A stretch of 42,126 nucleotides of DNA from a virus, in IMG/VR virus record IMGVR_UViG_3300050122_000047, positions 1 through 42,126 of that record; one strand, 5' to 3'. The notes under the pieces were generated by a model. That model saw only the letters and a program-made list of their open reading frames with translations. It was not told where the DNA came from and did not search any database. Within the stretch, counting starts at the first letter, position 1, and each line of letters starts with the position of its first letter. Shown one piece after another: positions 9,970-16,091 of the stretch. Both the position numbers and the translations under genes were made by a program.

Positions 9970-10173
9970 TCAACGGCGGCGCGGCTCCGGCTTGAGGCGC
10001 TGATCGGGCGTGATGGGCTGCGGCTTACCGCGTTTCAGGTCGCCGAAGAACGAGCCCTCGCCGTTATAGCCTTGCTGCGGCTTGCTGTTCGGGCCGCCCG
10101 AGGAGCCGGAGTTGGCCGGCATGGACGTGGGAGGGGCGGACTGATCGCCGCCGAAGGAGTTTCCGAAGCCCAT
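9970..10173 (-). CDS. Gly/Ser/Pro-rich low-complexity protein (67 aa)
   Basis: ORF coupled by a TAATG overlap to the upstream gene. The sequence looks disordered (GFGNSFGGDQSAPP...SGSSGGPNSKPQQGYNGEG). Confidence 0.45.
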   Translation of the reverse strand: MGFGNSFGGDQSAPPTSMPANSGSSGGPNSKPQQGYNGEGSFFGDLKRGKPQPITPDQRLKPEPRRR

Positions 10174-10409
10174 TAGAACAGCCCCACCAGGTTCGTCGCG
10201 GTGGTCAGGGTCGCATGGACCGCCGACATGGCGATGGGCAGGATGGTGCCGACGGGCGGCGCGGTGATGGTGGCCACGTTGCCGTGGGCGTCCTCGAAAG
10301 TGACGTTCCCGGCCCCGCCCACGTACAGGGCTGACAGGCGCGGCGAAAAGTGGGCCGTATCGGAGGGCGTGACGGGCACCGCGCCGTTATATCGAGCACC
10401 TTGCGACAT
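10173..10409 (-). CDS. Small beta-rich protein (78 aa); possibly related to the RcGTA head-spike base (Rcc01079-type) family
   Basis: SD GGAGGA lies before the ATG. The pattern VTPSDTAHFSPRLSALYVGGAGNVTFEDAHGNVATITAPPVGTILPIAMSAVHATLTTATNLVGLF recalls that family. The family call is from memory only. Confidence 0.6.
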   Translation of the reverse strand: MSQGARYNGAVPVTPSDTAHFSPRLSALYVGGAGNVTFEDAHGNVATITAPPVGTILPIAMSAVHATLTTATNLVGLF

Positions 10410-10443
10410 ATCACGTCCTCCGGATAGGGGTTACAGACTGGTC

Positions 10444-10683
10444 TTAGGCGACCGGCGGGGTGGCCGGGGCGACCTTGGCGGCCTCGACCTTGGCGATGTC
10501 GGCGGCGACGTCCGCGCGGATCGGCTGGGTGGTCGGGTTGGCCGCATTGGCGAGATCGGAGACCTTGGCGGTCACTTCGGTCTCGATATGGGCCTGCTCC
10601 TTCTTGGAGCTGAACACGAACCACAGGACACCGATAACGATGACGACTGCGGCGACGATGCCTACGATGGCGAGAGGGCTCAT
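10444..10683 (-). CDS. Single-pass membrane protein (79 aa)
   Basis: ATG 10683 preceded by GGAG (spacing 7). MSPLAIVGIVAAVVIVIGVLWFVF is a clear TM helix. The longer track ORF (to 10749) has an Arg/Ser-rich, non-coding-looking extension. Confidence 0.6.
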   Translation of the reverse strand: MSPLAIVGIVAAVVIVIGVLWFVFSSKKEQAHIETEVTAKVSDLANAANPTTQPIRADVAADIAKVEAAKVAPATPPVA

Positions 10684-10787
10684 GGTGCTGCTCCGGGGAC
10701 TGGCTGTTCTTGCTGTCCCCAAACTGGCCGATCTGGGGGCCCGTGTCAAGCCCCATGCAGGTCACGGTTTGCGCCAGGATTCCCGGT

Positions 10788-10952
10788 TCACTCTGCCGAT
10801 GTAGCTGCCGGTTTCTTGGCCAGGCGCTCGAACGCGGCGATCTCGGCTTTCAGGGCCAAAACGTTCCGGGTGTAGCCGGGCTTGCCGTCGCGGCTGGACA
10901 GCATGGCCTTGAGGCGGGCCAGGCGCTGCGTTTCATCGGGGGTCAGGGCCAT
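10788..10952 (-). CDS. Small hypothetical protein (54 aa), first gene of the leftward arm
   Basis: Not in the track (<60 aa). ATG 10952 preceded by GGAG at spacing 7. My translation: MALTPDETQRLARLKAMLSSRDGKPGYTRNVLALKAEIAAFERLAKKPAATSAE. GC3 is high. Confidence 0.5.
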   Translation of the reverse strand: MALTPDETQRLARLKAMLSSRDGKPGYTRNVLALKAEIAAFERLAKKPAATSAE

Positions 10953-12054
10953 GTCGTTGCTCCGTTGCGGCGGCCCCGAGACTGCGGCCGTGCGGGCTGG
11001 GCATCCTCGGGGCCTTCACCCCTCCTCGGGACTAGCCTGTGTGACGCCCCGGCGAGGAGGCGTGGCAACTTTGTGGACCTGGGCGCTTCTGGTGTCAAGT
11101 GGGCGGGGTTTTTGAGTATTCGGGGTTGCTATATAACTTCGTTGCTAAGTATAGTAGAGCCCAACTAAAATTGGCATATAGTATTTAAACGCCCCTTAGA
11201 GCCTCGCCGAGCCAGTTTTATCGAACATACCCCCGCCCCCTAACCTAGCAACTTAATTACCACTTCCACCCTAGGCCTAGTTACTTGGTTGCTACGTTTC
11301 TTTGCTTGCCAAGCCAGCTTGATTATAAGGTCACGTCACAACTCTGTCAATAATTACTTTGCAATTCAATCGCGCGGCATCATCGACGGTGCGGGGCGGC
11401 GTGGTTAACGACGTTGCTATGATATGTGGCGACGTGGTGGCGCGACACACGGGCCGTGCGCAGCAACGGCGGGGCGTGCTACACTATGTGTTGCGCAATA
11501 AACGCCGTTGCTCGGTTGCTTGGCCGGCGCTGGGCAGGAGGGGCCAGCCGGCAGGGCGGGAGTGCTATAATAAGGGTTATATAGCTACTTTGCTGTTTTC
11601 TCTTCTGACGAGACGAACAATGGTAAATAGTAGATAGTATGCTATTATATACCATTGTTAATCTCATAAGAAGAGCAACGGCGTTTTCCGCATTATGGGC
11701 GATATCATAGCAACCCGGCTTTAAGGCCGCACGACGCAACGCGGTTAGCCCAATTAACCAAGCTTTTCAAGCGGTTGAAGCCTGCTAGATGACCGATCAA
11801 CGGCAAGGCCTATTAGACGGCGCTGGAGCGGTTCCGTGCTATACAAAGCATTATGTAGCGTTGAGCAAGAGTTGCGCGGTTTGCTGTTTTGCGTCCACTA
11901 TTCAAAAACACGCCCGCTTCGAGCCCTTGCGCTTTCTCTGTACTATATGCATTTTAGGCATTGTGTAGCACTCCAGGCCATGCCATAAAGTGAGCGGGCC
12001 GCCGCTTTGGCGCTCCAGCAAGCGGCCTAGAAAGCCGCACTTAGGAGACCTACC
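10953..12054. promoter_or_regulatory. ~1.1-kb AT-richer divergent control region with an array of GTTGCTA/GTGCTAT-N-AT motifs (extended -10-like) and palindromes; candidate early/late promoters and/or origin
   Basis: No convincing ORF. Plus-oriented copies: gTTGCTATATAA 11125, GTTGCTAAGTAT 11141, GTTGCTACG 11288, GTTGCTATGATATG 11413, GTGCTACACTATG 11476, GTGCTATAAT 11562, TATGCTATTATAT 11638, GTGCTATACAAAG 11836. A degenerate copy lies at 11938. Minus-oriented copies lie at 11244-11254, 11576-11585 and 11701-11714. There is also TTGCTT-N16-TATAAG at 11302-11329. Confidence 0.6.
11599..11676. repeat. Nested imperfect palindrome (potential cruciform, operator or origin element)
   Basis: Inner arms: AACAATGGTA (11616-11625) / TACCATTGTT (11650-11659). 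Outer arms: CTCTTCT (11600-11606) / AGAAGAG (11669-11675). The 24-nt AT-rich loop overlaps part of the TATGCTATTATAT motif copy (11638-11650). Confidence 0.7.
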
Positions 12055-13173
12055 ATGACCGAACTAATGCAAGCGTCCAACCAATGGGCCACCCGTCCGG
12101 CGGACGAGCGGTTCACGTCGCTGCACGAAATGGGCGCGATGTTGACAGCGCAACGCAACAACAGCCGGCAGATTGTCACGAGCAACCGCCGCTTTTCACT
12201 CGCGCCGTTCGCCGCTAACGCGGATGGCTCGGCCGGCGAAGAGTCCACTAAGGCCTTGTCGCTCGTGTCTAAGGACGGCCACCACTTCGCCCCGACCAAT
12301 TGGGCTTTCGGCCAGCTCGCCCAGCTCGCGGAAGCGCCGGCCGGTTATCTGCGCACCTTGCCGTCGCACGTCGCGGCCGATTGCTTGAACTATGGCCTAC
12401 AGCACAAGCGCGACATTGAGGACGTTGGCTTGCTCCTGTACCGCAACGGAACGTCGCAAGTGAAGGCCGCGACTGGCCCGAAATATGGGCGCATCTGGAA
12501 TAAGGACATTGTCGATTCGCTCGTGTCGAAATTCGGCGACGGCGTGACCGGCGACTGGCGCGTTCCCGGTGAATTCGGCAAGGCGGTGGAAGTGACCAAG
12601 GCGAACACCACGCTTTACGCTGGCGACCGCGATATGTTCGTTTTCCTGGCGGACGAGGTCAACCGCGTTGAGGTCCGCAACCGTCGCCACGGGGAAAGCG
12701 GCTCGCTGGCGCGCGGCTTTTTCGTCTGGAATAGCGAAGTCGGGTCAAAGACCTTTGGCCTTGGAACGTTCCTGTTTGACTACGCTTGCAGCAACCGCAT
12801 TGTTTGGGGTGCTGAGAACTTCCAGCAGGTCACTATCCGCCACTCGGCCGGCGCGCCCGACCGTTGGCTGGAGGAGATCACTCCGGCGCTTAAGGCCTAT
12901 GCCAACAGCTCCGGCGAAGGCGTGCGCCAGCTTGTCGCCGATGCGCAAGCCAAGCGCGTTGATAACCTGGACGACTTCCTTGCAACCCGGTTCGGCAAGC
13001 GGCGCGTGGACAGCCTGAAAGCGGTGCATATGCTGGAGGAGGAACGCCCGATAGAAACCCTTTGGGACGTGACAACGGCCGTAACCGCCTTGGCTAAGTC
13101 GCTCACGTTCCAGGATGACCGAGTCGAGCTGGAGCGGCAAGGCGGCGCGGTGCTGCAACTCGCAGCGGCATAA
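12055..13173 (+). CDS. DUF932-family protein (phage/plasmid-like protein), first rightward gene
   Basis: 372 aa with a strong SD (TTAGGAGACctaccATG). Family-typical segments: TNWAFGQLAQLAEAPAGYLRTLP, GPKYGRIWNKDIV, LYAGDRDMFVFL, GFFVWNSEVGSKTFGLGTFLFDYACSNRIVWG. Confidence 0.75.
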   Translation: MTELMQASNQWATRPADERFTSLHEMGAMLTAQRNNSRQIVTSNRRFSLAPFAANADGSAGEESTKALSLVSKDGHHFAPTNWAFGQLAQLAEAPAGYLRTLPSHVAADCLNYGLQHKRDIEDVGLLLYRNGTSQVKAATGPKYGRIWNKDIVDSLVSKFGDGVTGDWRVPGEFGKAVEVTKANTTLYAGDRDMFVFLADEVNRVEVRNRRHGESGSLARGFFVWNSEVGSKTFGLGTFLFDYACSNRIVWGAENFQQVTIRHSAGAPDRWLEEITPALKAYANSSGEGVRQLVADAQAKRVDNLDDFLATRFGKRRVDSLKAVHMLEEERPIETLWDVTTAVTALAKSLTFQDDRVELERQGGAVLQLAAA

Positions 13174-13187
13174 GATCAGCTCTTTTA

Positions 13188-13215
13188 GGTTGGCGGGGTT
13201 GAGGTCCCGCCAACC
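13188..13215 (+). terminator. Perfect 10-bp stem-loop after the DUF932 gene (terminator-like, no clean U-tract)
   Basis: ggttggcggg (13188-13197) / cccgccaacc (13206-13215), 8-nt loop. Followed by TTTGCTTGC and a degenerate AGCTACTATAT motif (13243-13253) before the next SD. Confidence 0.45.
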
Positions 13216-13299
13216 GATAAAGCGCCGATTTTGCTTGCACATAGCTACTATATCGAGATATGTTAGACATTCTGCCAACCTAGTTTAGGAGACTAGCCA

Positions 13300-13503
13300 A
13301 TGTCCACGATCAGCTACAACGCCAAAGCGCAACGCCGTAACGAGATGCGCGCCACCTTGACCACGGCTCGCGCCGCCATCGGAGCCGAGCAACGGCAAAC
13401 CGTCGCGGAACTGCTGGCCTTTGGCGGTTTCATCTTCAAGGGGTGCGGCCTGATCATGCTCTTGACCGTCGCCGCGCTCGTGTTCACCGGAGCCGGCGCG
13501 TGA
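13300..13503 (+). CDS. Small protein with C-terminal TM helix (67 aa)
   Basis: SD TTAGGAGAC before the ATG. C-terminal segment FGGFIFKGCGLIMLLTVAALVFTG. Confidence 0.6.
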   Translation: MSTISYNAKAQRRNEMRATLTTARAAIGAEQRQTVAELLAFGGFIFKGCGLIMLLTVAALVFTGAGA

Positions 13504-13652
13504 CCAGCTTCCACAATCTCGCCAGCTCGTGGGCTTTGTCGCCCGCTGATCGTAAGGCCTACCTGGAGGCCATGGCCAAGGATGCGCGCCGCAAGGCCGG
13601 CCGCCAAGCTGTCCGCGACGCCAAGCAACTTGCGAAGGAGTTAGACCAGTGA
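13500..13652 (+). CDS. Small hypothetical protein (50 aa)
   Basis: GTG 13500 in a GTGA overlap with the previous stop. Translation VTSFHNLASSWALSPADRKAYLEAMAKDARRKAGRQAVRDAKQLAKELDQ. The start is uncertain. Confidence 0.45.
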   Translation: MTSFHNLASSWALSPADRKAYLEAMAKDARRKAGRQAVRDAKQLAKELDQ

Positions 13653-13834
13653 TTAAGATTTACACGTCCGCCCGCGTCGATATGGGCACTGCGGCCTACT
13701 ATGCCGCGCGCACTGCGGCCGAGCGAGTGGCGCAAGACGAGCGCGCCGCCGGCAGGTCCGCCAACGTCCGTTGGGACGATGAGTATAACGACAACTCGGC
13801 GCGCGGCGTTTTCGTCGTGACGGGGAGGGCTTAG
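13649..13834 (+). CDS. Small hypothetical protein (61 aa)
   Basis: GTGA overlap with the previous stop; SD GAAGGAG 8 nt upstream. Confidence 0.55.
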   Translation: MIKIYTSARVDMGTAAYYAARTAAERVAQDERAAGRSANVRWDDEYNDNSARGVFVVTGRA

Positions 13835-13836
13835 CC

Positions 13837-14241
13837 ATGACCCGCCGCAAGTTCCCGGTTCGCCTGACAGCGACCTATAGCGACCTAATGCGCTCCCTGC
13901 GGACGGATTGGGGAAGCGATCACTACGGCAACGCTATGGGCGCGCTCTTTCCCGTGTGTGAGGAGCTTTATTGCCGGCTCTATGTCGAGGAGACGCTTAA
14001 GGACCCTCTAGACGACGCTGTCCAAGCGTTCCTGGAGGTCAACCGCTTCCGGCCTTCGCCTATGTCGCTGGCGGACTTCCGGCGCTACCTGGACCGCGAG
14101 GCGGACCTGTACGGGGGTCAGGATGGCGGGAACTTTTGGGCCCAAGAGGTCCGCGCCGCCAAGTCCGCCGACCTGCTGAAATTCGGCCGCCTGCTGTCCC
14201 GCGTTGTGGACATTCTCAAAGCCATGCACGAGGACTACTAG
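13837..14241 (+). CDS. Hypothetical early protein (134 aa)
   Basis: Track ORF with high GC3, tightly packed against its neighbours. No motif recognised. Confidence 0.65.
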   Translation: MTRRKFPVRLTATYSDLMRSLRTDWGSDHYGNAMGALFPVCEELYCRLYVEETLKDPLDDAVQAFLEVNRFRPSPMSLADFRRYLDREADLYGGQDGGNFWAQEVRAAKSADLLKFGRLLSRVVDILKAMHEDY

Positions 14242-14243
14242 CC

Positions 14244-14417
14244 ATGCCTGGAGGCTTTCAACACCGGCCGTTAACGCCTATGAGTCCTGCCGAGATCGCC
14301 GCGCAAGAGGCCATCGTGTCGCAAATGTGCGACATTCTGGACCTCCTGGAGCCGTGGGAACTGGAGGAGCGGCAGGCGTATTATTGGCCAAGGGAAGGAG
14401 ACCCCGACAATGAGTGA
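14244..14417 (+). CDS. Small acidic hypothetical protein (57 aa)
   Basis: ATG 14244 lies 2 nt after the previous stop, in frame with track ORF 14136..14417. Translation MPGGFQHRPLTPMSPAEIAAQEAIVSQMCDILDLLEPWELEERQAYYWPREGDPDNE. Confidence 0.5.
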   Translation: MPGGFQHRPLTPMSPAEIAAQEAIVSQMCDILDLLEPWELEERQAYYWPREGDPDNE

Positions 14418-14790
14418 ATTTAGAGAGGCCCCCGATACGGCCGCAACCGCGCCGGACCCGGACGCCATGCCTAAATGGCTGGCGGATAGGCTGGCCGAGA
14501 ACAAAGCCCTTAAGCGGGTGTTTATCGTCAAAGGCGTTTGCCGCATCCGGCAGGCGGCCGTTACGATCAAGGCGGACGGCAAGATGGCGTGGGCGATCCT
14601 GCCAAGTGGACAGCGGTTCCTGCTGGGCGCAACGGCGTTTTTCACGCTGGCGAGCGCCGAGCGGTGCAAGCTGGCGCACCTAACCAAGCTCGCTCAGACG
14701 CGCGGGCCAGCGTGGTCTAATTGGGGCGCGGCAGGCGAGACAGCGCGCCAGCAACTGGCCGAGTATGCAGCAACGGGGCGGGTGCACTAA
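14410..14790 (+). CDS. Hypothetical early protein (126 aa)
   Basis: Track ORF with an 8-nt overlap on the previous gene. Confidence 0.6.
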   Translation: MSEFREAPDTAATAPDPDAMPKWLADRLAENKALKRVFIVKGVCRIRQAAVTIKADGKMAWAILPSGQRFLLGATAFFTLASAERCKLAHLTKLAQTRGPAWSNWGAAGETARQQLAEYAATGRVH

Positions 14791-14952
14791 ATGTGGCTCT
14801 GGCCCCTCCTCCCCTTCTGGACCTATACGCCTTGGGGCTATGCCGCAGCGATCCTATGGAACGTTTGCGAGCTGGCCCGGCTGCGGGTTCCCTTCGCCCA
14901 CGTCGTCTTTGGCCTAATCATTGGCCGGAAAGGCAAACGCCATGAACCCTGA
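14791..14952 (+). CDS. Small hydrophobic protein (53 aa)
   Basis: Not in the track. ATG immediately follows the TAA at 14788-14790. Translation MWLWPLLPFWTYTPWGYAAAILWNVCELARLRVPFAHVVFGLIIGRKGKRHEP. Confidence 0.45.
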   Translation: MWLWPLLPFWTYTPWGYAAAILWNVCELARLRVPFAHVVFGLIIGRKGKRHEP

Positions 14953-15604
14953 AACCCTGGAACTTGTCCGCCTAGCCGTGGCGCGGCTGGCCCTAGAGGT
15001 CCGCTCGCACGCGGATGCGATCAGCCTACAGACGGGCGACCGACGCGACGACATAGACCGAGTCATTCGGCTAGAGCTGGCCCCTCCGAAGGAGCTCCGC
15101 GCCGCCGATCCTGATAAAGACCAGCGCGCGGCAACTTGGCTATGCCGGTTCCGCATCTATAGCGACCGTGACAGCTTCGCCGAGCCGGAGGCGGACAGCG
15201 ACGACGACCTAGCGCCTGACCTGCCGGGAACGGTCAAGATAAAGGGCTTGCGCCAGGTGGCGGACTATGCCGCTGAGACGGCCGGGCTATACCATGGCGG
15301 GCCGCTCCAAGGCCTGGACGTGGACACCCTGGAGATGAAAACGCGCGGCATACGGCCGACGCTGAGCCGGCGCGGCGGCAACGCCGTCTGGCGACTGTAC
15401 TACAACACGGCGCAAACCTTCCGGCCGGCCGAGCCTACCCGCTTCGCCTATATGGTGCGAATCGACCTGGAGCAAATAGAGGCCGGCTCCGGCAACTTCA
15501 AGCGCGAGAGTGAGCCGCGCGGCGGATGGCACCCCGTGGCCGCCGACCGTGAGCCCATAGTGCCTTTCGGCCGGCGCGGCTTACTAGAGGGGAACAAAGG
15601 GTGA
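14942..15604 (+). CDS. Hypothetical early protein (220 aa)
   Basis: In-frame ATG 14942 with GGAAAGG upstream; the track ORF starts at 14921. No motif recognised. Confidence 0.6.
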   Translation: MNPETLELVRLAVARLALEVRSHADAISLQTGDRRDDIDRVIRLELAPPKELRAADPDKDQRAATWLCRFRIYSDRDSFAEPEADSDDDLAPDLPGTVKIKGLRQVADYAAETAGLYHGGPLQGLDVDTLEMKTRGIRPTLSRRGGNAVWRLYYNTAQTFRPAEPTRFAYMVRIDLEQIEAGSGNFKRESEPRGGWHPVAADREPIVPFGRRGLLEGNKG

Positions 15605-15780
15605 GACGCTATCTGGAGAGCGACTTCAACGTCGCTGGCGACCTGCAACGCCTCTGCGAGAACGCGGGCCTAGCCGTGGTCAAGACCGAGAACACGTCTA
15701 GTAATCTGGGGGTGACGCCTTACACCTGCCTTGCCGCGCTGATGCGGGAAGCTTTGCAATCGAAAGGAAATGAATCGTGA
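15601..15780 (+). CDS. Small hypothetical protein (59 aa)
   Basis: Not in the track. GTGA overlaps at both ends. Translation VRRYLESDFNVAGDLQRLCENAGLAVVKTENTSSNLGVTPYTCLAALMREALQSKGNES. Confidence 0.45.
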   Translation: MRRYLESDFNVAGDLQRLCENAGLAVVKTENTSSNLGVTPYTCLAALMREALQSKGNES

Positions 15781-16031
15781 CCCGGTTCGACAAGGACCCC
15801 TACGTCTGGTTCGACCCGTTCGAGCTGTTTGACGACTTCCAATATGCGCTGGAGGTCGAGGAGCGGCTGCACCGGGAGGCCATGGGCCGAATGGCCGAAG
15901 CCCACCACATAGCCGGCCAGCGGTTCAACGCCCAAATGCAGCAGCTCCAGAACACCTTGGCCAGGGCCGCGACCCTGTCGGCCGGCTTGGCCCCGCCGCC
16001 TTCCTGGCCTGGGGCGGACACGAAGGCTTGA
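15777..16031 (+). CDS. Hypothetical protein (84 aa)
   Basis: Track ORF with a GTG start in a GTGA overlap. Confidence 0.55.
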   Translation: MTRFDKDPYVWFDPFELFDDFQYALEVEERLHREAMGRMAEAHHIAGQRFNAQMQQLQNTLARAATLSAGLAPPPSWPGADTKA

Positions 16032-16036
16032 CACCA

Positions 16037-16079
16037 CGCCCGCCGGCCCTCTAGGTTGGCCGCCAGTAACCGGCGGGCG
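16037..16079 (+). other. 10-bp perfect stem-loop immediately upstream of the primase-helicase gene
   Basis: cgcccgccgg (16037-16046) / ccggcgggcg (16070-16079), 23-nt loop. Confidence 0.4.
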
Positions 16080-16091
16080 AGACACCCTCAC

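Noticed and set aside
11359-11739. ORFs 11359..11637 (+) and 11479..11739 (-) inside the control region
   Set aside because: They have no SD. Their composition is unlike the coding regions. They are riddled with the repeated motif and palindromes and overlap each other on opposite strands. They are better explained as non-coding regulatory DNA.
11125-11950. The repeated motif as promoters for a phage single-subunit RNA polymerase (T7/SP6 style)
   Set aside because: No RNAP-sized gene or RNAP motifs are present in the closed genome. The motif matches host sigma70 extended -10 logic better.
10953-12054. tRNA or other structured RNA gene in the large intergenic region
   Set aside because: By eye I found no cloverleaf-compatible arrangement and no GTTCGAATC-type T-loop. 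The only GGTTCGA (15784-15790) lies inside a CDS. A tRNA scan would settle this.
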